64,000 nt of DNA, taken from the NCBI GenBank assembly GCA_013042915.1, contig JABDPF010000077.1:2676-66675 (forward strand). The letters run 5' to 3'. Both the position numbers and the translations under genes were made by a program. The notes under the pieces were generated by a model that was not told where the DNA came from, did no database searches, and saw only the letters and a list, made by a program, of their open reading frames with translations. Shown piece by piece: positions 10,153 to 19,439 of this stretch (positions within the stretch are counted from its first letter, which is position 1; each line of letters starts with the position of its first letter). The DNA is from Lysobacterales bacterium. GTDB taxonomy: Bacteria; Pseudomonadota; Gammaproteobacteria; Xanthomonadales; SZUA-36.

Positions 10153-11529
10153 CTACCTCCTTTGAAATTCCGGTGCCATCAGGATCAGTGTCAGACCCTG
10201 TTCTCTGCTGTCCGCGCCATTGACCATGCGACGCGTGGTTTGGCCGGCGGCGGCGCCCAGGGTTTCGGCGAGCATCACACGTGGATCGACCCGGTTGCCG
10301 ACCCGCGCTGACAGCGCCTGCGCCCACTCCAGCCGCTTTTTCACGGCGTCAGGCCCCAACCAGGCATCGGCGTGATCCGGCCAACCGGCCGGCGAAGGCG
10401 CACTGAACGGGGTCTGCCCCAGGCTGGCGTACGTGGCTCGCAGCTCCCTCAGTCGCAGTTTCTCGACACCCAGGCCCCGCAGCGTGGAGACCTGGAATTC
10501 CTCGGGCGTCTTGAACTTCACCGGCTGTTCCGCCCAGGCCTCCTTCAAGCGAACCAACTCCGCCGAGACCGTTCCGAGGTGCCCATCCGAACCCATGAAG
10601 GCCTTGCCGAGGGCATCGATTGCGCTCTCGGGTGGCTGGTCGGCGATAAAATGCCGGGCGAGCTTGGTGGCGATGAACCGTGCGGTCTCCGGCCTCACCG
10701 AGAGATCACGCAGGACACGGACCGCCTGCTCTCCGCCCACGGCCGGGTAGCGCGTGCCCAACACGGTATGGGTGCCCGGTTCGTGGCGCCGCTCGTCAAA
10801 AAACACGGTCCCGCGCGACTTTGGCGCGCGAGGTCCCGCCACGGTCCAGCCGGTCAGGATTCGGGCAAAGGCCGTAACGTCGTTCTGCGTGTATCCACCG
10901 TCCACGCCGACCGTGTGAAGTTCCAGTATTTCCCGGGCGAGATTTTCGTTGAGGCCGCGGTCGCGGCGTCGCCCCAGCGTAGAATTGGGCCCAACCGACT
11001 GGGCGTTGTCGAGGTAGAGCAACATCGCCGGATGGGTTTCCGCCGCGTGCAGTAGTTCAAAGAAATGGCCCGTCACACGGGGGCGAATCGCCTCACGCTC
11101 GAAGGCCCCGGCCACTGGAACCACGACATTGCGCGTCGTGGACACGGTGAAATGGTTGGCCCAGAATCGCACCAGGCGCTCCCTGAAGGGGGCGTTGGTG
11201 GATATGGCAAACGAAGCACGGGCTGCGATTTCCCGCGCTACGAGCTCACGCGGGGTTGTCAGGCCAGACAGCGCCTGTCGCACGGCCTCCTCGTCTCCTT
11301 TGCTTTCTTTCGTTGCCCTGCGTCGCGCCGACTGGAATGCGTACCAGGCGACCAGGGATTGCTCTGAACCCTCGAGCCCATCGTTCTCCAGGCGGCTCGA
11401 TCCGGCGGTGTCGATCTGGGCCAGCAACCAACCGCGCGGGTCCGCGTTGGCCTCGGCTGCCTCGCCCGGCCGGGCGCCCAGGCCAAACCGGTTGGTCGCG
11501 ATCATGGTCTGGATGCTGTGCATTTTCAT
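10153..11529 (-). CDS. DUF1800 domain protein
   Basis: Motifs FWANHFTVS and ILELHTVGVDGGYTQNDVTAFARILTGW are typical of DUF1800. It ends 4 nt before the DUF1501 start, the usual gene pair. Confidence 0.8.
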   Translation of the reverse strand: MKMHSIQTMIATNRFGLGARPGEAAEANADPRGWLLAQIDTAGSSRLENDGLEGSEQSLVAWYAFQSARRRATKESKGDEEAVRQALSGLTTPRELVAREIAARASFAISTNAPFRERLVRFWANHFTVSTTRNVVVPVAGAFEREAIRPRVTGHFFELLHAAETHPAMLLYLDNAQSVGPNSTLGRRRDRGLNENLAREILELHTVGVDGGYTQNDVTAFARILTGWTVAGPRAPKSRGTVFFDERRHEPGTHTVLGTRYPAVGGEQAVRVLRDLSVRPETARFIATKLARHFIADQPPESAIDALGKAFMGSDGHLGTVSAELVRLKEAWAEQPVKFKTPEEFQVSTLRGLGVEKLRLRELRATYASLGQTPFSAPSPAGWPDHADAWLGPDAVKKRLEWAQALSARVGNRVDPRVMLAETLGAAAGQTTRRMVNGADSREQGLTLILMAPEFQRR

Positions 11530-11651
11530 TCCCGTGGATGCGCTGATCTTAAACTATCGCGGAATTGTGGACCCTTTGTGAACATGCCGCCTTCGACTTT
11601 TTTTCCGTATCGCAAACCCTTTAAACTGTGCGCTTACAACGGAGAAACACC

Positions 11652-13073
11652 ATGCGCCATACCCTGCTGCTCGCCATCCTGCTTGGCCTCACCCTGCCGG
11701 CTCTCGCCCAGAACCGGTCGGGACAGGGCGACGTCCGTGAAATTTACGACGCCAACTGCGCCGGCTGCCATGGCGACGACCTGGCGGGTGGTTCCGGCAG
11801 TTCGCTGATCGACGATGTCTGGTTGAATGGTTCGCGCGACGACCAGATCGCGCACGCCATCCGCGTGGGCGTCGTGGACATGGGAATGCCGGGTTGGCAG
11901 GACACGTTGAGCGATGAGCAAATTCGCGCGCTGGTGATTTTCATTCGTGAGATGAAGGCGAAAAGCGAATCGGGCGCCCTGGAAAAACGCCTGCAAGGGA
12001 ACATCGTCAACGCGGCAGGCCATCGCTACCGCCTCGAAGAGGTTGGTGAGGGCGACAGTATGCTCTGGTCAATCGCATTCCTGCCTGACGGAAGCCGCCT
12101 GGTGACCCAGCGGGACGGCGTGTTGTGGCACTTCGAAGACGGAAAGCGCAGCGCGGTCGAGGGAACACCCGAGGTCTGGCAGCACGGCCAGGGCGGCCTG
12201 CTTGAAGTGGCCCCGCACCCGGATTATGCCGAAAACGGCTGGGTCTACCTTTCTTACAGCGAGAACACCGGTGCGATGGAAAACGACAAGGACGCCGGGA
12301 TGACGACCGTCGTGCGCGGGCGCATCGAGACCGGTCTGTGGGTAGACCAGGAACGCCTGTTCCGGTCGGACGGTGAGCACCATACCTCCTCCGGCGCCCA
12401 CTTCGGCTCGCGTTTCGTGTTTGATGGCGGCTACCTGTTCTTCAGCATCGGCGACCGCGGCCGGAAGGAGCGCTCGCAGGATCTGGACCGACCAAGCGGC
12501 AAGATCCTGCGCATCCACGATGACGGCCGTGTGCCCGCGGACAACCCCTTCGTCGGCGTTGCAGGCGCCTTGCCGGAGATTTGGAGTTACGGTCATCGCA
12601 ACCCGCAGGGTATGGACCGCGATCCGGCAACCGGCCTGATGTGGGAATCTGAGCACGGCCCGCGCGGAGGCGATGAGATCAACGTCGTCGAGCGCGGGAA
12701 AAACTACGGTTGGCCGGTCATTACCCACGGCATGAATTACAACGGCACGCCGATCACCGACGAAACCCATCGCGAAGGCATGGAGCAACCGAAGTTGCAC
12801 TGGACCCCGTCGATCGCGGTTGCGGGCATCGATTTTTACGAGGGCGATGCCTTCCCCGGCTGGAAAGGCAAATTGCTGGCCGGCGGCATGGCCTCCGAAG
12901 AGCTGCATTTACTGACGGTCAGCGATGGTTCCGTCACCAAGGACGTGGTGGTATTGAAAGGCCGCGGCCGCATTCGGGATGTAGCCAGCGGACCGGATGG
13001 GTTCATTTACCTGCTGCTGAACGATGGCTCGCCGCGCACCGGCCGCATCGTGCGGATGGTGCCCGCCGATTGA
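11652..13073 (+). CDS. PQQ-dependent sugar (glucose/sorbosone) dehydrogenase with N-terminal cytochrome c domain
   Basis: Signal peptide MRHTLLLAILLGLTLPALA and heme motif CAGCHG. Beta-propeller motifs follow: HGQGGLLEV, GKILRIHDDGRVPADNPF, YGHRNPQG, GWP. GGAGA sits 8 nt upstream of the ATG at 11652; the track start at 11628 is a GTG. Confidence 0.85.
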   Translation: MRHTLLLAILLGLTLPALAQNRSGQGDVREIYDANCAGCHGDDLAGGSGSSLIDDVWLNGSRDDQIAHAIRVGVVDMGMPGWQDTLSDEQIRALVIFIREMKAKSESGALEKRLQGNIVNAAGHRYRLEEVGEGDSMLWSIAFLPDGSRLVTQRDGVLWHFEDGKRSAVEGTPEVWQHGQGGLLEVAPHPDYAENGWVYLSYSENTGAMENDKDAGMTTVVRGRIETGLWVDQERLFRSDGEHHTSSGAHFGSRFVFDGGYLFFSIGDRGRKERSQDLDRPSGKILRIHDDGRVPADNPFVGVAGALPEIWSYGHRNPQGMDRDPATGLMWESEHGPRGGDEINVVERGKNYGWPVITHGMNYNGTPITDETHREGMEQPKLHWTPSIAVAGIDFYEGDAFPGWKGKLLAGGMASEELHLLTVSDGSVTKDVVVLKGRGRIRDVASGPDGFIYLLLNDGSPRTGRIVRMVPAD

Positions 13074-13104
13074 TTCGGCGGGGTTCCCGCCAAAGCGCGG
13101 GGCC

Positions 13105-13524
13105 TCAATCCGGGCAAAAACCGACGACCGGGATGCCGACCGATTCGAGCAAGTCGACGGAATCCCTCGAGCGGTAATCGTTTAGGTAAACGATTTTCTC
13201 GACGTTGCCCAGGTTGATCAGCCGCTTGGCGCAGGCGACGCACGGCAGGTGCGTGACGAACACGAACTTCTTCGTCTCGCGGGGCGCGTCGCAGTTGATC
13301 ACGGCATTTTCTTCCGAGTGCAGGCAGCCGCAGTTACCCGGTTCTTCCCGGTCGCAGATGTTCGCCAGGCCGGACGCGTTGCCGTTGTAGCCAACCGCCA
13401 GCACTTTGCGGTAGTCGGTCGTGGTGATGACCGTGCCAACCGCCAGGCGGGTACACGTCGAGCGCCGCGCGATGGTCTCCGCGAACTGCATGTACACCTC
13501 GTCAAATGTCGGTCGAGTGTTCAT
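13105..13524 (-). CDS. dCMP (deoxycytidylate) deaminase family protein
   Basis: Zinc-binding motifs HSEENA and PCVACA. The ATG directly abuts the stop of the upstream glutamine synthetase (TAGATG). Confidence 0.85.
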   Translation of the reverse strand: MNTRPTFDEVYMQFAETIARRSTCTRLAVGTVITTTDYRKVLAVGYNGNASGLANICDREEPGNCGCLHSEENAVINCDAPRETKKFVFVTHLPCVACAKRLINLGNVEKIVYLNDYRSRDSVDLLESVGIPVVGFCPD

Positions 13525-14949
13525 CTACAAATTGTAATATAGGTTCATTTCGAACGGGTGCGGCCGGTTTCGCACCGCGATGACCTCCTTCATCTTCTCT
13601 TTCACCCAACTTTCGATCAACTCGCGGTTGAACACGCCCCCGGTAGTCAGGTACTCGTTGTCGTCCAGCAACGCCTGCAATGCCTCCTCGAGGCTTGCCG
13701 GGATCGCGTCCAGCCGTGCCTGCTCCTCCTCGGGCCAGTCGAACACGTTGTCGTCGAAGGGACCGAAGGCGTTCTCTTCGGTAGGCAGAATGCGGTTTTT
13801 CACGCCGTCCAGTCCCGCCATCAGCAGGGCGCTCATCGCCAGATAGTAATTGCAACTGCCGTCGCCGGTGCGGAATTCGATGCGCTTTGCCTCCTCGCTG
13901 GTGGCATATTTCGGTATGCGGATGGCCGCGCTGCGATTGGCCAGGCCGAAAAACAACTTCACCGGGGCCTCAAAACCCGGCAGCAGGCGTTTGAAGGAAT
14001 TGGTGCTGGGATTGGTGAAGGCCGTCAAAGAACGCCCATGCGCCAGGATGCCGCCGATAAAACACAACGCCGTCTCGGACAGCCCGGCATAACCGCCGGC
14101 ATCGTAAAACACGTTACGACCGTCTTTGCGCAATTGGATGTGGAAGTGCATGCCGTTACCCGGCTCGTCATAGAGAGGCTTGGGCATAAAGGTGGCCGTC
14201 AGGCCGTGCTTGAGCGCGCAATTGTGCACGATGTCCTTCACGTACATCATGCGGTCGGTGACCAATTCGAAGGGCAGCAACTCGGTCTCGATTTCCTGCT
14301 GGCCCGAGAGCCCAACCTCGTGGTGATGATAGCGGATCGGGCAACCCACACCCTCGATCAGCCGGACCATCTCCTCGCGAACTTCGGTGTACTTATCGAA
14401 CGGAATGTCAATGTGGTAGCCCTTGCGATGCGCCACCGCGGTACCGTCGGAATCCAGGTAGCCTCCGGGCAGATCATCCTTGTTCTCCACGGAAGTGAAT
14501 CGATAGCCTGCGCTGTACTTGCCGTTGTCGATACGGGCTTCGTTGAACAGGTAGAACTCGAACTCCGGCACCCAAAGCGAGGTATCGGCAACGCCGGATT
14601 CGACCATGAACCGATGTGCCCGCCCAGCCACCGTTCGTGGATCCTTGTTGACGCCGTCTCGGGTGTCTGCATCGCAGATGTAACTCAGCATGCGCAGTCG
14701 AGGAAGCGGTGAAAACGGGTCCATGATGGCCGTTGCCGGATCCGGCAGCAGGACCATATCGCCGGCTTCGACCGACCGCATGCCTGGAATGCTGGAACCA
14801 TCGAAAGGAATGCCGTTTCGCATGACGTGGTCCAGGCGCCGGGCAGGAAAGGTGATGTGGTACCAATTACCCACCAGGTCGGCATATTTCAGGTCGATGC
14901 TTTGAACGTCCCGATCCTTGATCAGGGCCTGAACGGATTCCAGGTTCAT
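13525..14949 (-). CDS. glnA: Glutamine synthetase, type I-like
   Basis: 474 aa with GS signatures FDGSSIPG, HHHEVG..GQQEI, MPKPL..GNGMHFH and NSFKRL, and a C-terminal HPFEMNLYYNL. Confidence 0.85.
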   Translation of the reverse strand: MNLESVQALIKDRDVQSIDLKYADLVGNWYHITFPARRLDHVMRNGIPFDGSSIPGMRSVEAGDMVLLPDPATAIMDPFSPLPRLRMLSYICDADTRDGVNKDPRTVAGRAHRFMVESGVADTSLWVPEFEFYLFNEARIDNGKYSAGYRFTSVENKDDLPGGYLDSDGTAVAHRKGYHIDIPFDKYTEVREEMVRLIEGVGCPIRYHHHEVGLSGQQEIETELLPFELVTDRMMYVKDIVHNCALKHGLTATFMPKPLYDEPGNGMHFHIQLRKDGRNVFYDAGGYAGLSETALCFIGGILAHGRSLTAFTNPSTNSFKRLLPGFEAPVKLFFGLANRSAAIRIPKYATSEEAKRIEFRTGDGSCNYYLAMSALLMAGLDGVKNRILPTEENAFGPFDDNVFDWPEEEQARLDAIPASLEEALQALLDDNEYLTTGGVFNRELIESWVKEKMKEVIAVRNRPHPFEMNLYYNL

Positions 14950-15083
14950 GCGCGTACCCCGCGAATCGTTGATGAGGATTCACTCTGAACCGGCATGCCG
15001 TCCGGGTCAATGAGCCCGATCAATGCTTGCCCTCATGGCCCTGCTCGGAGTAACTTCTGCGAGAACTCACCGGACCACGTGCC

Positions 15084-16733
15084 ATGCCTTCCGAACCTTC
15101 GCACGACAAGCGGTACGAAACGCAAAACCTCGTTATCGGCGGCGGCATCGCCGGAATCGTGGCGGCGTTGGAGCTGTTGGACAAGGGCCAGGCAGTGCTG
15201 CTGCTGGACGCCGACACGCCGGATCGCTTCGGCGGGCTCGCCCTGTGGGCGTTCGGCGGGATGGCGCTTACCGGCACGGCCGAGCAAAAACGCATGGGCA
15301 TCGACGACTCGCCGCACTTGTGCCTTGAGGACTGGTTGCGGTTCGGTGAGCTTGCAGGCGACGAACAATGGCCCAGGGCATGGGCAGAATGCTACGTCAA
15401 CGAGTCGCGCGAACTCGTATACGACTGGGTCAAGTCCCTGGGCCTGAAATTCATGCCGGCCGTGAATTATGTAGAGCGCGGCGAACGCATCAAGGGCAAT
15501 TCCGTGCCCCGCTATCACGTGTTGTGGGGCACCGGGCGGGAACTCGTGCAGGTCCTGATCCGCCGCCTGTTCCAGCACCCCTCAGCCGATCGGCTGACCG
15601 TATTGCACCAGCACCGGGCCACGGGCCTGGTCAGCGAAGATGGCCGGGTGACCGGCTGTGTCGGCATCGGCACGGATGATCGCCGGGAAGACCGCGGTGC
15701 GCAGGACATGGCGTTCACGGTAAGGGCGGACCGCACACTGGTTGCAACCGGCGGTATCAACGGCTCCGTGGAAAAAGTACGTGAGCACTGGCTTGCCGAT
15801 TGGCCGGGCCCACCCGACGAGTTTCTCAACGGCGCCAATCCGAGCAGCGACGGGACGATCCACGAATCGGCGGCCTCGCTGGGCGCGCGGCTGGATCACC
15901 TCGGCGACATGTGGAATTACGCGGCCGGCGTGCCCCATCCCCGGCCGCATTTCGACGGGCATGGGCTGAGCCTGATCCCGCCGAAAACCTGCCTGTGGCT
16001 GGACCCGGACGGCAACCCCGTGGGCCCCGACCCGATGGTGACCGGCTTCGACACCAACGGCCTGTGCCGGCAAGTCGTTTCCCATCCGTACACCTGGCAG
16101 GTCTTGAACCGGAAAATACTGGCCAAGGAGCTGGCGATTTCCGGGGCAGAGCACAACCCGAATATCGTCGACCATCGCCTGTTTGCATTTCTCAAGGACA
16201 TGTTGCTGGGCAATACGCGCCTGGTGGACCAGATGCTCTCCGAGTCGAGCGAGTTCCTGCAGGCATCGAGTTGGGAAACGCTGTCGGAGCGCATGAACGC
16301 TCTGACCGGAGAGGACCGCATCGAGGCCGACCGACTGGCGTCGCTGGCTACCGACTACGACGCGGCCATGTCAGATGCGGCGGAGCGCGAACGGCATCCC
16401 GCCATCCGCCGCATCGTCGAGGCGCGGAAATGGCGGACAGAGAAGCTGAGGACCTGCAAGTTCCAGGCGATCGGCGACAAGAAAGCGGGGCCCCTGATCG
16501 CCATTCGGTTGAGATTTATCAGCCGCAAGAGCCTCGGCGGTTTGCAAACCGACCTCTCGTGTCGGGTCCTGGATGAACTCGGCGAGCCGATCCCCGGCCT
16601 CTACGCGGTGGGCGAGGCCGCCGGCTTCGGAGGAGGGGGCGCCTCAGGCAAACGATCGCTGGAGGGCACCTTCCTGAGCGGTTGCATCCTGACCGCGCGC
16701 AAAGCCGCCGCGGCGATCGAACGCGGCTGCTGA
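15084..16733 (+). CDS. FAD-binding dehydrogenase (COG3573-like oxidoreductase)
   Basis: Rossmann motif LVIGGGIAGIVAALELLDKG and a C-terminal AVGEAAGFGGGG. Confidence 0.75.
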   Translation: MPSEPSHDKRYETQNLVIGGGIAGIVAALELLDKGQAVLLLDADTPDRFGGLALWAFGGMALTGTAEQKRMGIDDSPHLCLEDWLRFGELAGDEQWPRAWAECYVNESRELVYDWVKSLGLKFMPAVNYVERGERIKGNSVPRYHVLWGTGRELVQVLIRRLFQHPSADRLTVLHQHRATGLVSEDGRVTGCVGIGTDDRREDRGAQDMAFTVRADRTLVATGGINGSVEKVREHWLADWPGPPDEFLNGANPSSDGTIHESAASLGARLDHLGDMWNYAAGVPHPRPHFDGHGLSLIPPKTCLWLDPDGNPVGPDPMVTGFDTNGLCRQVVSHPYTWQVLNRKILAKELAISGAEHNPNIVDHRLFAFLKDMLLGNTRLVDQMLSESSEFLQASSWETLSERMNALTGEDRIEADRLASLATDYDAAMSDAAERERHPAIRRIVEARKWRTEKLRTCKFQAIGDKKAGPLIAIRLRFISRKSLGGLQTDLSCRVLDELGEPIPGLYAVGEAAGFGGGGASGKRSLEGTFLSGCILTARKAAAAIERGC

Positions 16734-16749
16734 TCCGAACGAGTGAGCC

Positions 16750-18213
16750 TCAGTGCTTCGCGGGAATCCGCTTGAGGGTCTCGAGCAGGTAACCCCAGAA
16801 TTTCTGCACGGAGCTGATCTGCACCTTCTCGTCCGGTGAATGCGCACCCCGAATGTTCGGACCGAACGAAATCATCTGCATGTCGGGATAATTCGTGCCC
16901 AGGATGCCGCACTCCAGCCCGGCGTGGCACGCCATGACCGGAGCCTTCTCACCAAAACACTCTTCGTAGAGCTTGCCCATCAGCTTGACGATCGGCGCAT
17001 CGGGCCGCGGCGCCCAGCCGGGGTATTCGCCGCTCAGCGTGACCTCGGCGCCGATCAACTCAAAACCAGCGCGAATCGAGTTGGCGTGGGCTATTTTCTC
17101 GCTGTCGACCGAGCCGCGGGTCAGGCACAGGATGCGATACGAGCCGTCCTTCGCGCTGATGCTCGCCAGGTTGTTAGACGTCTGAACCAGATCATCAATG
17201 TCCGGCGACATGCGATGGATGCCGTTCGGGCAGGCCGCGATGGCGCGCAACAGGCTGGACTGGAACGCCGGCTGGAACACGGTGCCCGCGTCCTCGGTGC
17301 GATCCAACAGGACGACGAGGTGGGGGTCGGTGCTGGTGTATTCGTTTTGCAGTTCTGACTCGATACCTTCCAGCCATTTTTCAAACGACGAAGCGTTTTC
17401 CGAGTCAACAACGACCGTCGCGGCGCCTTCTCGCGGAATGGCGTTACGCAGACCGCCGGATTCGATCTGTGCCACTCGGATGCCCAGCGATTCGGTGGCT
17501 TCCAGCAAAATCCGGTTGAGCAGCTTGTTCGCGTTGCCGCGGCCAAGGTGGATGTCCATGCCGGAGTGACCACCTGACAGACCCTTCACCGCCAGGTGGT
17601 AGGTGCGAGCCTCTGCCGGCGCCGGCGCCGACTCGAACTGGCCGGTGACCGTCACGTCGACGCCACCCGCGCAACCAATGGTGATCTCGCTGTCGTCCTC
17701 GGAGTCGAGGTTCAGCATGATGTCCGCGTCGAGCACACCTCCCTTCAGCGCCATCGCACCGGTCATGCCGGTTTCCTCGTCGATCGTGAACAAGGCTTCG
17801 ATCGGAGGATGCTCGAGATCGTCGGAGGCCAGGATGGCCATCGCTGTCGCTACCCCGATGCCGTTATCGGCGCCCAGCGTCGTGCCACGGGCCTTGACCC
17901 AGTCGTCCTCGACGTACATGTCGATGCCCTGGTTGTCGAAATCGAAATCGGTGTCTTCGTTTTTCTGGCAGACCATGTCGAGATGGCCCTGCATGACCAC
18001 CGTGGCGCGGTCCTCCATGCCCGCTGTCGCCGGCTTCTTGATGATCACGTTCCCGGCCTCGTCAACGAGCGTTTCCAGGCCGAGGCTCTCGCCGAATTCT
18101 TTCATGAAGGCGATCACGCGCTCTTCTTTCTTGGACGGCCTGGGAATCGCGTTCAGGTCCGCAAAGCGGGTCCACATTGCCCGGGGTTCGAGGTTTCGGA
18201 TGTCAGCATTCAT
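16750..18213 (-). CDS. pepD: Aminoacyl-histidine dipeptidase (M20 family, PepD-like)
   Basis: N-terminus after the internal ATG reads MNADIRNLEPRAMWTRFADLNAIPRPSKKEERV, typical of PepD. GHLDMV and M20 metal-site motifs are present. The 26 residues upstream in the track ORF look non-coding. Confidence 0.85.
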   Translation of the reverse strand: MNADIRNLEPRAMWTRFADLNAIPRPSKKEERVIAFMKEFGESLGLETLVDEAGNVIIKKPATAGMEDRATVVMQGHLDMVCQKNEDTDFDFDNQGIDMYVEDDWVKARGTTLGADNGIGVATAMAILASDDLEHPPIEALFTIDEETGMTGAMALKGGVLDADIMLNLDSEDDSEITIGCAGGVDVTVTGQFESAPAPAEARTYHLAVKGLSGGHSGMDIHLGRGNANKLLNRILLEATESLGIRVAQIESGGLRNAIPREGAATVVVDSENASSFEKWLEGIESELQNEYTSTDPHLVVLLDRTEDAGTVFQPAFQSSLLRAIAACPNGIHRMSPDIDDLVQTSNNLASISAKDGSYRILCLTRGSVDSEKIAHANSIRAGFELIGAEVTLSGEYPGWAPRPDAPIVKLMGKLYEECFGEKAPVMACHAGLECGILGTNYPDMQMISFGPNIRGAHSPDEKVQISSVQKFWGYLLETLKRIPAKH

Positions 18214-18446
18214 GATGTTGTCTTGTACCGTTTGTTCGAGGTTGTATGCACAATAAATCAAGCCTGCGGGGCTTGCCATTACCCAGATCATTTATGGGCG
18301 ACGCGGACGCTTCACAAGGTGGCTGATTGGCCAGCCAGCCGAGATGACGATACCATTACGGCTGCATTTCTCATTGCTGTCTTCAAGCCCCCGATTCGGG
18401 CGGGCCCCACCCTTGAGAAATCCGCCGAAACCGACAGGAGATGTAA

Positions 18447-18875
18447 ATGAGCCAGGCGAAAGCAGGCGACACCGTCAAGATTCACTATACCGGAACGCTC
18501 GACGACGGCACCCAGTTCGACAGTTCCTCGGGCCGCGAGCCCCTCGAGTTCGAAGTGGGTTCGGGACAGGTCATCCCCGGCTTCGAAAAAGCCATCGAGG
18601 GTATGGCCGTGGGTGACACCAAAACGGTCAACATTCCCGCCGAAGACGCCTACGGCCCGAGTCACGACGAGATGATCCAGGAAGTGCCCAAGAGCGCCCT
18701 GCCCGACGATGTCGAGCCGCAGATTGGCATGGGTCTGCAGGCACGCAGGGCCGACGGCGCGATGCTCGACCTGACCATCACGGAAGTCGGGGAAGATTCG
18801 ATTACCGTGGACGGCAACCACCCGCTGGCCGGCCAGGCACTCAATTTTGACCTCGAACTGGTCGAAATCAAGTAA
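18447..18875 (+). CDS. FKBP-type peptidyl-prolyl cis-trans isomerase (short SlyD/FkpB-like)
   Basis: GDTVKIHYTGTLDDGTQFDSS...LEFEVGSGQVIPGFE...HPLAGQ. AGGAGA lies upstream of the ATG. Confidence 0.85.
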   Translation: MSQAKAGDTVKIHYTGTLDDGTQFDSSSGREPLEFEVGSGQVIPGFEKAIEGMAVGDTKTVNIPAEDAYGPSHDEMIQEVPKSALPDDVEPQIGMGLQARRADGAMLDLTITEVGEDSITVDGNHPLAGQALNFDLELVEIK

Positions 18876-18904
18876 ACCAATCGACCGGGATTTCTAATCC
18901 TGAA

Positions 18905-19030
18905 CCCGGCCGTGCAGGATGGGACCCCCTTTAAGGGGGCGCTCCCTCGCGGGAACATCCCTGTATCGCTTGTCTGAATACATCCTGTATTCATACACCC
19001 CTGAAAGGGGTCCACCCAGCACGGCCTGGT
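18905..19030. repeat. Palindromic, MITE-like intergenic element (family copy A)
   Basis: The terminal arm CCGGCCGTGCAGGATGGGACCCCCTTTAAGGGG is the imperfect inverted repeat of CCCCTGAAAGGGGTCCACCCAGCACGGCCTGG. Internal hairpin GAATACATCCTGTATTC. The core resembles the element at 41872-42020. Confidence 0.6.
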
Positions 19031-19093
19031 TTTCGGGAAGAAAGTGGCGGCAACGAGAGAACTGCGGGCGCGCCTATCGAGGCAATAAAAGAC

Positions 19094-19406
19094 CATCCCA
19101 GCTTCTGATTTCGTCCAGGCCGTGCGGTCGCGTGTCCCTTTACGGGGGCGTATGAGCCCCGGACGGGCTCAGACCGAGCGCCCCAGGAATGGGCTGGAGC
19201 GTCCCCTGGAAAGGGATATGCGGCAGCGCGGCCGGGTTTGAAAAGCCAGTGGGACAATTAACAGCATCCAGGCTTCTGATTTTGTCCAGGCCGTGCGGTC
19301 GCATATCCCTTTACAGGGGCGTATGAGCCCCGGACGGGCTCAGACCGAGCGCCCCAGGGATGGGCTGGAGCGTCCCCTGGAAAGGGATATGCGGCAGCGC
19401 GGCCGG
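19094..19406. repeat. Tandem duplication (2 copies, 171 bp period) of a ~143 bp palindromic element (family copy B)
   Basis: Copies at 19094-19236 and 19265-19406 differ at about 7 positions by my alignment. Each has the arm CCAGGCCGTGCGGTCGC.T.TCCCTTTAC.GGGG pairing with CCCCTGGAAAGGGATATGCGGCAGCGCGGCCGGG. Confidence 0.8.
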
Positions 19407-19439
19407 GCCCTTGTCCCCAGTGGCAGTGAACCGCGGATC

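Noticed and set aside
19094-19430. Possible CRISPR array, considered because of direct repeats
   Set aside because: There are only two copies. The units are ~143 bp rather than 25-40 bp, there is essentially no unique spacer structure, and no cas genes occur in the window.
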